Shown one piece after another: positions 9,679-18,617 of a stretch of 38,674 bases of DNA. Each line of letters opens with the position of its first letter. Positions within the stretch are counted from its first letter, which is position 1. Made by a program: the position numbers and the translations under genes. The DNA lies in assembly GCA_965649115.1 (NCBI GenBank), contig CBFGJN010000012.1, positions 1 through 38,674 on the forward strand. Reading direction: 5' to 3'. The DNA is from a candidate division WOR-3 bacterium. Its GTDB lineage: Bacteria > Hydrothermota > Hydrothermia > LBFQ01 > DSFT01. The notes below the pieces were generated by a model. The model was given only the letters and a program-made list of their open reading frames with translations. It searched no databases and was not told the origin of the DNA.

Positions 9679-9775
9679 ATTGAAATTTTAAAGTAAAAAA
9701 TTAAACCTTATGGAATTTACTTTGTCCAATAAGTAATTTAAATAATTGATTTTATTTTAGGGGGCTTAGCCCCCT
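9679..9775. repeat. Direct repeat, right copy (97 bp) flanking the RM cassette; contains -10 box at 9685-9690 (minus)
   Basis: 96/97 identical to 7461-7557. Confidence 0.93.
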
Positions 9776-9850
9776 GACAAAAAATGGAGATTTTAAAGCC
9801 GAAGGCTTAAATACAGGGTGGGTGGGAAGAATAGGAATTAAATTTTTTTT
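9718..9850 (+). repeat. Intergenic repeat family copy (left TIR, single IHF-like site, C-hairpin, hairpin/G-tract module)
   Basis: TACTTTGTCCAATAA 9718, AGGGGGCTTAGCCCCCT 9759-9775, AAGCCGAAGGCTT 9796-9808, AGGGTGGGTGGG 9815-9826; right end approximate; isolated variant hairpin TAAGGCAAAGCCTTA at 9949-9963. Confidence 0.78.
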
Positions 9851-9980
9851 GAAAAAACAATAGAGGTCAGATTATTAAAATTAAATTGATAAATTGAATA
9901 AAGCAAACTCAAAAGCAGAAAAGAGATGAATAGTTTTAAGCCTTTTATTAAGGCAAAGCCTTATTTTTAAAATTTTCCTT

Positions 9981-9986
9981 TAAAAT
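9981..9986 (+). promoter_or_regulatory. -10 box 9 nt upstream of rimP ATG
   Basis: cctt TAAAAT tttcaaact ATG, no Shine-Dalgarno. Confidence 0.6.
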
Positions 9987-9995
9987 TTTCAAACT

Positions 9996-10427
9996 ATGTC
10001 AAGTATTGAACAAAAAATAGAAGAAATTGTAATGCCCATTATTGAAGATGAAGGTTATGTTCTCGTTGATATTGAATATAGAAAAAGTGGAAAATTTAGC
10101 ATTTTGAGAATTTTTATAGATAGAAAGGAAGGTGGTATTACAATAAAGGAACTTGAAGAAATTAGTAAGAAAATATCATTAGCTCTTGATGTTGAAGATC
10201 CAATAGAAAACTCATATACTCTTGAAGTTTCTTCTCCTGGACTTGATAGAGAATTAGTTAAGGATAGGGAATTGAAATGGGCTATTTCTAAGAAAGTTAA
10301 AATTTTTTTTAAAAATGGCAGCACTTACGAAGGTTTTCTAAATAGTTTTAATGATGAAGAGATTGTTGTATCTGGAAAGGTATATAAAAGGGTTGATATT
10401 TTAAAGATAAAACTAAACGAGGTTTAA
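9996..10427 (+). CDS. rimP: Ribosome maturation factor RimP
   Basis: LRIFID, YTLEVSSPGLDREL; first gene of rimP-nusA-infB. Confidence 0.95.
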   Translation: MSSIEQKIEEIVMPIIEDEGYVLVDIEYRKSGKFSILRIFIDRKEGGITIKELEEISKKISLALDVEDPIENSYTLEVSSPGLDRELVKDRELKWAISKKVKIFFKNGSTYEGFLNSFNDEEIVVSGKVYKRVDILKIKLNEV

Positions 10428-10430
10428 GCT

Positions 10431-11642
10431 ATGCTTGACTTTGAAAGGGTGGTGGAGAATCTTGTGAGAACAAGGAATCTTGAAAGAGAGGATATATTAA
10501 ATGTTTTTAAGTCCGTTGTTGAAGATGCTGTAAGAAAGTACTACAATACAAATGTTGAATTCCAAATAGGAAAAGAAATGAAAGTTATTGTATATAAAAA
10601 AGTTGTTAAAAAAGTTAATGACCCTGCAAATGAAATATCTATTCAAGAAGCCAAAAAGTACGATCCACAAGCAATAGAAGGTTCAGAAGTGAAGGTTCCT
10701 ATTTTATTAGAAAACTTACCAAGGACTGTTGTATATAGGATAAGAGATAAATTTTTAGAGAAACTAAAAGATAAAGAAAAACAAATTATTTTAATGGATT
10801 TTTCAAAGAAAATTGGTCAAATTGTCCGGGGGAAAGTTCAAAGAATAAATAAGAAAGATAACTCAGTTATTTTAGCTATTGAAAGAAGCGAAGCTGAAGG
10901 TAAACTTTCCGTAGAAGAAATGCTACCTTCTGACGTTGAAAAAATAAAGCAAGGAGACACTAAAAAAGCTGTAATTATAGGTATAGATGAAAAGGAAAAG
11001 TACGTTCTGTTATCAAGGACACATCCAGATTTTTTAAAGAAATTATTGGAGGAAGAAATAGCTGAAATTTTGGATGGAACAGTTGAAATAAAACAAGTTG
11101 CAAGGATACCTGGTAAGAGGTCAAAAGTTGCTGTCTTTTCAAGAGAAACAAGGATAGATCCTGTTGCAGTTGTTGTAGGAATTAAAGGAACAAGATTAAA
11201 TCCTATACAAAAGGAATTAGAAGGAGAAAAAATAGATATTGTTAAATGGGATCCTGATATAATAAAATTTTCAGTAAATGCTCTTCAAAGTCCTCATATT
11301 ATAACGGCTTATAAATTAGAAGATAAAATTTATGTTGTCGTAGATGACGAGCACATTGGTGAAGTTAAAGGTTCAGAAGGTTTGAATGTTATTTTAGCTT
11401 CAAAGTTAATAGGAAAAGATATTATTATTCTTGGTTTATCAGAGTACTCAAAACCAAAGAATGTAGTTACGATAATAGAGATTCAAAAACAATTTCCTGT
11501 TAGTGTTATAGAATTATTAAGAAATAATGGTCTTTATTCATTTAATGAAGAACCAACCTTAGCGAGTCTATATAATATAGGTTTAGATGAAAAAACTGCT
11601 TTAAAACTTATAGAATTCATAGAGGAGAAGTTAAATGAATAG
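10431..11642 (+). CDS. nusA: Transcription termination factor NusA
   Basis: S1 and KH domains: LSRTHP, ARIPGKRSKVAV, ELEGEKIDIV; synteny. Confidence 0.95.
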   Translation: MLDFERVVENLVRTRNLEREDILNVFKSVVEDAVRKYYNTNVEFQIGKEMKVIVYKKVVKKVNDPANEISIQEAKKYDPQAIEGSEVKVPILLENLPRTVVYRIRDKFLEKLKDKEKQIILMDFSKKIGQIVRGKVQRINKKDNSVILAIERSEAEGKLSVEEMLPSDVEKIKQGDTKKAVIIGIDEKEKYVLLSRTHPDFLKKLLEEEIAEILDGTVEIKQVARIPGKRSKVAVFSRETRIDPVAVVVGIKGTRLNPIQKELEGEKIDIVKWDPDIIKFSVNALQSPHIITAYKLEDKIYVVVDDEHIGEVKGSEGLNVILASKLIGKDIIILGLSEYSKPKNVVTIIEIQKQFPVSVIELLRNNGLYSFNEEPTLASLYNIGLDEKTALKLIEFIEEKLNE

Positions 11643-13749
11643 AAAAGGTCCTATTCAAATTAGAGAATTAGCCAAGGAGCTGGGCATAACTGTAAAAACT
11701 GCTATTGAATTATTAAAGGAAGGTGGTTATGATGTTAAGTCAGGATTTAATAAAGTAAATAAAGAAATGGAGGATTATTTAAGAAGAAGATTGGAGGAAG
11801 AAAGAGAAGAAGTCCAAAAAGATATAGAGAAGAAAAGGCAAATATATCAGAAGGTTGAACCACCAAATAAAAAAGTTCCAAGAAGATTTCAACAAAAGCA
11901 AGTAAATGAAGAAATTAAAAAGGAGGAAGAAAAACCTATAAAGCAAATAGCTAAACCAAAGCCAAAGGTTAAAAAGGAAACAAAAGAAAATGTGGAAGAA
12001 ATTCAAGAGGAAAAAATTATAGAGATTCCAGGACCATTAACAGTTGCTGAATTATCAAAAATTATGGGAAAATCTCCATCTGAAATAATAAAAGTTTTAT
12101 TTGATCTTGATTATATTGCTACAATAAATCAAACATTATCTCTTGATATAATTGAAATTGTTGCAGAACATTTCGGTTTTAAAGTAAAGAAACAGGAAGT
12201 TAAAGAAGAGGTTATTGAGGAAAAAATAGAATATGATTATATTAGACCCCCTATTGTTACTATAATGGGGCATGTTGATCATGGGAAAACTACACTTCTT
12301 GACAAAATTAGAAATACTAATGTTGCTGAGAAAGAAGAGGGAAGAATCACGCAGAGAATTGGAGCCTATCAGGTTGAATATATGGGTAAGAAAATTACAT
12401 TTATAGATACACCTGGTCATGAAGCATTTACAGCAATGAGGGCTAGGGGTGCCCAGATTACTGATATTGTAATACTTGTCGTTGATGGTAGAGAGGGAGT
12501 TAAGGAACAGACAATTGAAGCCTTGAATCACGCCAAGGCAGCAGGTGTTAAGATCATTGTTGCTATTACAAAGATGGATTTGCCTGATGCCAATCCTGAT
12601 ATGGTAAAAAGACAACTTTCTGAACATGGTTTAATTCCTGAGGAGTGGGGTGGAAGTACATTATTTATTCCAGTTTCTGCGTATAAAGGGATTGGAATAA
12701 ATGATTTACTTGAAGCTATATTAATTGTAAGTGAAGAGTTGGATTTAAAAACAACAACTAAGGGATATGCTAAAGGAGTTGTTCTTGAATCTAAAATGGA
12801 TAAGGGAAGAGGTCCTGTTGCTACACTTATTGTTCAAAGAGGTATATTACAACCTGGCGATATTGTTGTTGCAGGCTATACTTATGCAAGAATTAGAGCT
12901 ATGTATAATGATTTTGGGGCAAAGGTTGATAAAGCTTATCCTTCAGATCCTGTTCTCGTTCAAGGATTTGAAGAACTTCCAAGAGCAGGGGATAAGTTTG
13001 AAGTCGTAGAAGATATAAACAAAGCTCGTGAAATTGTTGAAGAAAGAAGAAAAACACTTAAAATTCAAATATCTCGCGGTGAAATGCAATCTCTAACTAA
13101 AAAAATTCAAGAAAAGATATTGACAGGTGAAAAGAAAGAATTAGCAATTGTTATTAAAGCAGATAATTATGGAACACTTGAAGCAATAAAGGACAGCATA
13201 AGTAAGATGGAATTTGAGAAAGTAAAACCAGTTATTATCCATAGTGGAATTGGCGATATTACTGAGAGTGATGTGATGCTGGCGGAAGCAAGTGAAGGAA
13301 TTGTTATTGGATTTGCAGTTAAAATTGATAATAGAGCAAGGAGTTATGCTGAATCTAAAAAGATACCTGTTAAAATTCATAGAATTATTTATCATTTACT
13401 TGATGATCTAATTAAGTTTATGCAAGGTATTTTAGAGCCAGAATATAAGGAAGAATTAGTAGGTAAAGCAGAGGTGAAGGCAGTTTTTAAAACGAAAGTC
13501 GGTAAAGTTGCTGGATGCTATGTTGTTGAAGGTAAAATTTTGAAAAGTGCCGAAAAGGCAAAGCTTATAAGAGAAAACAATATTATATATGAAGGTAAAA
13601 TTGAAAGTTTAAGACATTTTCAAAGTGATGTTGAAGAAGTTAATGCTGGTATGGAGTGCGGAATTAGGCTCACTAATTGGAATGATTATAAGGAAGGTGA
13701 TATTATTGAAGTTTATAGAGTTTTGAAAATCACGCCCAAATTGGTATGA
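11635..13749 (+). CDS. infB: Translation initiation factor IF-2
   Basis: [44 protein letters not shown]. Confidence 0.98.
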   Translation: MNRKGPIQIRELAKELGITVKTAIELLKEGGYDVKSGFNKVNKEMEDYLRRRLEEEREEVQKDIEKKRQIYQKVEPPNKKVPRRFQQKQVNEEIKKEEEKPIKQIAKPKPKVKKETKENVEEIQEEKIIEIPGPLTVAELSKIMGKSPSEIIKVLFDLDYIATINQTLSLDIIEIVAEHFGFKVKKQEVKEEVIEEKIEYDYIRPPIVTIMGHVDHGKTTLLDKIRNTNVAEKEEGRITQRIGAYQVEYMGKKITFIDTPGHEAFTAMRARGAQITDIVILVVDGREGVKEQTIEALNHAKAAGVKIIVAITKMDLPDANPDMVKRQLSEHGLIPEEWGGSTLFIPVSAYKGIGINDLLEAILIVSEELDLKTTTKGYAKGVVLESKMDKGRGPVATLIVQRGILQPGDIVVAGYTYARIRAMYNDFGAKVDKAYPSDPVLVQGFEELPRAGDKFEVVEDINKAREIVEERRKTLKIQISRGEMQSLTKKIQEKILTGEKKELAIVIKADNYGTLEAIKDSISKMEFEKVKPVIIHSGIGDITESDVMLAEASEGIVIGFAVKIDNRARSYAESKKIPVKIHRIIYHLLDDLIKFMQGILEPEYKEELVGKAEVKAVFKTKVGKVAGCYVVEGKILKSAEKAKLIRENNIIYEGKIESLRHFQSDVEEVNAGMECGIRLTNWNDYKEGDIIEVYRVLKITPKLV

Positions 13750-14027
13750 TTATTGGTGTTCTTGAAATTGAAATTTTCATACCTTATAGTAATTCAATAA
13801 AAGAAAAACGCTATATTATCAAAAGTATTAAGGATAAAGTTAAGTCCAAATATAATGTTTCAATAGCTGAACTTGATTATTATGATGCATGGCAAAGAAG
13901 TAAGATAGGATTTGCTTGTTTAAGCAATAGTGTAAGTTATATAAATAACTATCTTATGGATTTATTAAGATTTTTAGAAGAAGATAGAAGATTTGAAATT
14001 ACAATGTCCAAGATAAATTGGTTTTAA
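13746..14027 (+). CDS. DUF503 (YlxP-like) protein
   Basis: [32 protein letters not shown]; usual position after infB. Confidence 0.88.
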   Translation: MIIGVLEIEIFIPYSNSIKEKRYIIKSIKDKVKSKYNVSIAELDYYDAWQRSKIGFACLSNSVSYINNYLMDLLRFLEEDRRFEITMSKINWF

Positions 14028-14093
14028 AAATGCTTTATCCAAAGTAAATAAGTTTTTGCCTCGGCAAAAGATGGAGTATTTATAGAGCTCTCT

Positions 14094-14395
14094 ATGATAG
14101 AAAAATTAAATAAAGTTTTAGAGAAACTACCACCAGAGGATAGAGAAATAATGATGGAAGCATTTACAATTCTTATTGAAGAAGTAATAAATGCTATTAT
14201 TAAAGGAAATGAGAGAATTTGGCAAGCAATTGACAGATTAGACAAAAAAATAGATAGAAAAATAACATCACTTGGGGCAAGGTAGGGATTAATGGCAGAA
14301 GAAACATTCAGAGAAGGAATAAAAACTATAAAGATAGTAAGAGAATAGCAATTGAAATAAAATCATCAATTAGTAAAGGTGATGTTTCTCCATTT
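14094..14395 (+). pseudogene. Degraded DUF3782/DUF1626-like coiled-coil + PD-(D/E)xK nuclease-domain gene
   Basis: Reads ITSLGAR*GLMAEETFREGIKTI through TAG 14283-14285 (family motif LGARWG, TGG>TAG), then after a frameshift/deletion KDSKRIAIEIKSSISKGDVSPF. Confidence 0.7.
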
Positions 14396-14427
14396 GATTT
14401 GCTAATGATAAAGCAATCGTTATTGCT

Positions 14428-14480
14428 AGCGGTTGGGAAAATATAGAAAAATAAATACTTTTAGAATCATTAGATACACG
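14428..14480 (+). repeat. Degenerate right half of the intergenic repeat family
   Basis: AGCGGTTGGGAAAATATAGAAAAATAAATACTTTTAGAATCATTAGATAC matches the G-tract to right-TIR part of other copies. Confidence 0.6.
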
Positions 14481-14495
14481 AATTTCTTTTCACTT

Positions 14496-14501
14496 TAAAA
14501 T
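14496..14501 (+). promoter_or_regulatory. -10 box 7 nt upstream of ATG 14509
   Basis: actt TAAAAT ttcagtt ATG. Confidence 0.6.
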
Positions 14502-14508
14502 TTCAGTT

Positions 14509-16014
14509 ATGAACAACTTAACTCCATTAGAAGCATATGAAGAACTTTACAAAATTTCAAGAAAATTAGCCTATATATCTTCTGCTCTTTCTCTTTCAGG
14601 TTGGGATGAGAGAACTTATATTCCACCTCTTGGCTATAAACATAGAGCCGAACTTCATGCAATACTAAATGAATATATTTATGAAGAATGGACAAAAGAT
14701 TATATAGGTGATTTAATTAACAGAGCAAAGGAAGGAGATTTAGATGAAGTTCAAAAAGCTAATTTATATTGGTGGGAAAGAAGTTATATAAGAAATAAAA
14801 AAATTCCAAAAGAGCTTTTAATTAGACATGTAAGAGTTTCAACAGTCGCTTATCAAGTCTGGAAAGAAGCAAGAGAAAAAAGTGATTTTGAAATGTTCAA
14901 ACCCTACTTGAAAGAAATTATAGATATATTGAGAGAGGAGGCAAGAATTCTTGGTTATAAGAATGAGCCTTATGATGCTTTAATAGATAAATATGAACCA
15001 GAAATGACAGCAGAGGAAATTTCAAAAATTTTTGAAAAGCTAAAAACTGAAACATTAAGACTCCTAAATAGAGTTAAAAATTCTAAAAAGGATTTTAAAA
15101 CCCATCTAATTAAAGGATACTTTGAAAAAGAAAAACAAAAGGAATTTTGTAAATTCTTACTTGAGAAAATAGGTTTTGACTTTAAGAAGGGTAGGCTTGA
15201 TGAAACAACACATCCTTTTGCAACGAGAATTTTACCTATGGATATAAGAATAACTACAAGATTTTATGAGGATAATATCATTTCAAGCATTTTTGGAACA
15301 CTTCACGAGATGGGACATGCATTTTATGAAATGGGATTAAGAGAGGAGTTTTTTGGCACTCCTGCTGGGGAATCAGTTTCGCTTGGTATTCATGAATCAC
15401 AATCAAGATTTTGGGAGAATTTTATAGGAAGAAGCTTCGCATTTTGGGAATTATTCTATGATGATTTGAAGAGATTCTTCCCACAATTTGAAAATGTTAA
15501 AATGGAGCATTTTTATTTAGCAATAAATGAAATTAAACCATCTTTTATTAGAGTTGAAGCAGATGAATTAACTTACAATTTACATATTATTTTAAGATTT
15601 GAGCTTGAAAGGGATGTAATAAATGGTAAATTAGAAGTTGATGATTTAAGAGATGCTTGGAATGAAAAATTTGAAAAATTATTTGGATTTAGACCTAAGG
15701 ATGATAAGGATGGAATTCTTCAAGATGTTCATTGGTCTTCTGAAATGGGATATTTCCCTACATATACACTTGGAAATTTAAATGCTGCTCAAATTTTCCA
15801 TAAAATTAATAAAGAGCTTGGTAATATATATGAATTTGTAAAAAAAGGTGATTTTAAAGTTATTTATGATTGGTTATCTGAAAAGATATATCAAAAAGGT
15901 TCTTTATATAAACCACAAGAGCTTATTGAGAAAACAACAGGTGAAAAAACAAACCCAAAATTCCTAATAAATTATCTTGAAAACAAAATAGAGCACTTAC
16001 TGAGTATAGATTGA
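14509..16014 (+). CDS. Carboxypeptidase M32 (Taq-like)
   Basis: HPF, DIRITT, HEMGH (HExxH), HESQ, IRVEADE, QDVHW, GYFPTYTLG. Confidence 0.96.
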   Translation: MNNLTPLEAYEELYKISRKLAYISSALSLSGWDERTYIPPLGYKHRAELHAILNEYIYEEWTKDYIGDLINRAKEGDLDEVQKANLYWWERSYIRNKKIPKELLIRHVRVSTVAYQVWKEAREKSDFEMFKPYLKEIIDILREEARILGYKNEPYDALIDKYEPEMTAEEISKIFEKLKTETLRLLNRVKNSKKDFKTHLIKGYFEKEKQKEFCKFLLEKIGFDFKKGRLDETTHPFATRILPMDIRITTRFYEDNIISSIFGTLHEMGHAFYEMGLREEFFGTPAGESVSLGIHESQSRFWENFIGRSFAFWELFYDDLKRFFPQFENVKMEHFYLAINEIKPSFIRVEADELTYNLHIILRFELERDVINGKLEVDDLRDAWNEKFEKLFGFRPKDDKDGILQDVHWSSEMGYFPTYTLGNLNAAQIFHKINKELGNIYEFVKKGDFKVIYDWLSEKIYQKGSLYKPQELIEKTTGEKTNPKFLINYLENKIEHLLSID

Positions 16015-16015
16015 A

Positions 16016-17080
16016 TTGGTAATAAATAAAGGGTTTATTTTAGCATATAGAATTTACGACATAGCAAGTGAAATTGATTTAAATAAATTATCAAATTCAA
16101 TAGATTCTAAGAGAATAGAGATGTCAAAGAAATTTGGTAAAAGACTTGTTTATTTGAGAAATCCTCCCATAATTATATTTCTTGAAGAAGTAAGTTATAA
16201 AAATTTGAAAACGCAAGTTTTCGCTAAATTTTATGAATTTGGAGCAGTTAGTATAATCCTAAAAATAATAATTGATGGGTTTGACATAAGGCAATTATTT
16301 AGGTTTTTTAGAGAAGTTCTTGAAGATGAAAAAATAGACGAAATATCAAAAGATTACTTAAACAAAATTTTTAATCAATATCATTCCTACTTAAAAAAGC
16401 CATCAATATATGAAGACTATGAAGATTATACGATAATATATATTCAATCTTTTAATAGAAATTTCAAAAGTTTTGAAATTCTTCAAGAAATTGATTTGGC
16501 TAAACTATTACTTGGTGAGAAATATCATTTAAGTGATCAAATTGAAACTAATTTATTGAGAAATAAGTTTTCTTATTCTGATGAAGATCTAATAGTTTTA
16601 AATTGGGATAGTTGTTTCATATATGAGCCTGATGGTATTATGGATGTTCCTGATCTTATTGAATTTGCTAATGCTCAAATCCTTGAATTAAGATACTACG
16701 ATAGTTATCTTGATAAGGTTCTTGAAGAAACTTATAATACTATTGAGAGTTTCAAAGGTTCAATTTTTGAGTATTATAAATATCAAAAAATTTTGAAGCG
16801 ATTACTTTTGCTTTATAACGAGATTACAGAAGCAAAGGAGATGATTTTAAATAGTCTTAAAATTATTGAAGATTCTTACCTTGCAAGAATATATTCAAAA
16901 ATGCTCGAAATTCTTGGAGCATATAATTGGCAAAGAAGTATAGATAGTAAGGAAAGGACACTCTTTGAAATATACAATTTCTTAAATACCCAAGTTTCTA
17001 ATAGGAGATTGGAATTCCTTGAAATTATAATTATTTTTGTAATTTTAGCTGAAATGATTATTTTTTTAGTAATAAGATAA
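16016..17080 (+). CDS. RMD1/DUF155-like protein with C-terminal TM helix
   Basis: YEFGAVS, EFANAQILELRYYD, DSYLARIY, RRLEFLEIIIIFVI; TTG start 1 nt after upstream stop. Confidence 0.7.
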   Translation: MVINKGFILAYRIYDIASEIDLNKLSNSIDSKRIEMSKKFGKRLVYLRNPPIIIFLEEVSYKNLKTQVFAKFYEFGAVSIILKIIIDGFDIRQLFRFFREVLEDEKIDEISKDYLNKIFNQYHSYLKKPSIYEDYEDYTIIYIQSFNRNFKSFEILQEIDLAKLLLGEKYHLSDQIETNLLRNKFSYSDEDLIVLNWDSCFIYEPDGIMDVPDLIEFANAQILELRYYDSYLDKVLEETYNTIESFKGSIFEYYKYQKILKRLLLLYNEITEAKEMILNSLKIIEDSYLARIYSKMLEILGAYNWQRSIDSKERTLFEIYNFLNTQVSNRRLEFLEIIIIFVILAEMIIFLVIR

Positions 17081-17132
17081 ATAAATAGAAAAAAATAAGT
17101 CAATCCAATAGTAATAATTTCAGATTAAACAT

Positions 17133-17188
17133 GGGGTGGGTGGGAAAAAATAGAAAAATAAATAATTTTATAATTACTAGACAAGGCA
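17133..17188 (+). repeat. Right half of intergenic repeat family (G-tract to right TIR)
   Basis: GGGGTGGGTGGG 17133-17144 ... AATTACTAGACAAGGCA ending 17188. Confidence 0.72.
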
Positions 17189-17196
17189 CAATACAA

Positions 17197-17402
17197 TGCT
17201 TTGTCCAATAATTATTGTTAAATCCTTGATTATCAATAACTTATAAAAGCTTTGAGGAAATTATAGATTTTATGGGGGGATTATTAGGAGGGCTTTGCCC
17301 CCCATAGCCTAAATATGGGAATTTGTAAGCCGAAGGCTTAGTTACAGGGTGGGCGGGCAAAGAATAGAAATAATTTACATTTCAGAATTCCTAGACAAAA
17401 CA
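17197..17402 (+). mobile_element. Full-length (206 bp) copy of the intergenic repeat family, MITE-like, with 8-bp flanking duplication
   Basis: TGCTTTGTCCAATAATT ... AATTCCTAGACAAAACA; CAATACAA at 17189-17196 and 17403-17410; all internal modules present. Confidence 0.8.
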
Positions 17403-17423
17403 CAATACAATAAATTCAAGCTT

Positions 17424-17429
17424 TAAAAT
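17424..17429 (+). promoter_or_regulatory. -10 box 10 nt upstream of rplY ATG
   Basis: gctt TAAAAT tttcggactt ATG. Confidence 0.55.
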
Positions 17430-17439
17430 TTTCGGACTT

Positions 17440-18057
17440 ATGAAAACTTATAAGCTTAGAGTAAAATTAAGAGAAAATATAGGAACTTCATATGCAAAAA
17501 AACAAAGAGAAGAAGGATATATTCCTGCTGTTGCTTATGGTAAAAATGAAAATAATCTTCATATTCTTGTACCTAAAAAAGATTTTTACAAACTAATTAG
17601 ACAAATAGGTGAAGAAACCGCTATTGTTGAGCTTGAATATGATAGTTCTAATAAAAAAGCTCTTATTCAAGAGATTCAAAGAGACATTGTCACTGGTGAA
17701 GTTATTCATGTAGATTTTCACATTATTCATGCAAAAGAAAAGGTTAGTGTAAGTGTTCCTGTAGTTGTTAAAGGTCAGGAAAATTCACCAGGTTTGAAGA
17801 AGGGTGGAATTCTTGAAATTCATTTACATACAATAGATATAAAAGCACTTCCTGAACATATACCCGGGCATATAGAAGTAGATATATCAAATCTTGATAT
17901 AGGAAAAACTATTCATATAAAAGATTTAAGAATTGAAAATGTGGAGTTTGAAGAGGATCCCGAAGAAGTTATTTTATCTATAATAGCTCCAAAAATAGAG
18001 GAAAAAACTGAAACTCAACAACAGACAGAAACACAGCAACAAACACCTCAAAAGTAA
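17440..18057 (+). CDS. rplY: 50S ribosomal protein L25/Ctc
   Basis: GYIPAVAYG, IQRDIV..VIHVDF, GLKKGGIL, IPGHIEVDIS; upstream of pth. Confidence 0.96.
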   Translation: MKTYKLRVKLRENIGTSYAKKQREEGYIPAVAYGKNENNLHILVPKKDFYKLIRQIGEETAIVELEYDSSNKKALIQEIQRDIVTGEVIHVDFHIIHAKEKVSVSVPVVVKGQENSPGLKKGGILEIHLHTIDIKALPEHIPGHIEVDISNLDIGKTIHIKDLRIENVEFEEDPEEVILSIIAPKIEEKTETQQQTETQQQTPQK

Positions 18058-18617
18058 TGCTTTATATTGTTGGTCTTGGTAATTATGGTGAATCTTATAG
18101 GAAAAATAGGCATAATGTTGGATGGATTTTTTTAGATTATTTAGCGAATAAATTGAATTGTTCTTTTAGGTCAGGGAAGGGTGATTATGCTATTGCGGAA
18201 TGTGGTAAATTTAAGCTTTTTAAACCATTAACATTTATGAATTTATCTGGATTAGCTGTTAAGCAAATTTCAGATTATTATAAATTAAATTTTACTAATC
18301 TTATTATTATTTATGATGATGCAGATTTACCATTAGGGACAATCAAGTTCAAATTGAAAGGTTCTGCTGGAACTCATAATGGCATGAAATCTGTTTTGTA
18401 TTATTTGGGAACTGATGAAGTTCCAAGAATAAGAATTGGTATTGGGAAACCTCAAAATTTATCGCTTAAAGATTGGGTTTTATCTGACTTTACAGATGAA
18501 GAGTTAAGAGTTTTAAATGAAAAGTTTGAGAAAATTTATCAGGGTCTTTTGATGTACGAAAGGGGTGAAATCCAAAAAGCTCTTCAATTTATAAATACAA
18601 AGGAGGTAAAGGTATGA
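18057..18617 (+). CDS. pth: Peptidyl-tRNA hydrolase
   Basis: VGLGN, RHNVG, KPLTFMNLSG, GSAGTHNG, RIRIGIG. Confidence 0.96.
   Translation: MLYIVGLGNYGESYRKNRHNVGWIFLDYLANKLNCSFRSGKGDYAIAECGKFKLFKPLTFMNLSGLAVKQISDYYKLNFTNLIIIYDDADLPLGTIKFKLKGSAGTHNGMKSVLYYLGTDEVPRIRIGIGKPQNLSLKDWVLSDFTDEELRVLNEKFEKIYQGLLMYERGEIQKALQFINTKEVKV

Noticed and set aside
9815..9826. AGGGTGGGTGGG as KOPS/Chi-like polar motif
   Set aside because: Occurs on both strands within the window and only inside the repeat family; does not match GGGNAGGG
14283..14285. TAG read-through (pyrrolysine/recoding) extending the 63-aa ORF
   Set aside because: A frameshift and internal deletion follow within ~45 nt, and TAG is an ordinary stop in sufB and E1-alpha; simple TGG>TAG decay fits better
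17208..17223. TTATTGTTAAAT resembling the XerD arm of dif
   Set aside because: No XerC arm at 6-bp spacing, and the sequence varies among repeat copies (GGTGTTAAAT, AGTGTTAAGT)
18007..18045. TETQQQ tandem repeat at the L25 C-terminus
   Set aside because: Low-complexity tails are common in Ctc-type L25; the two copies differ at synonymous sites
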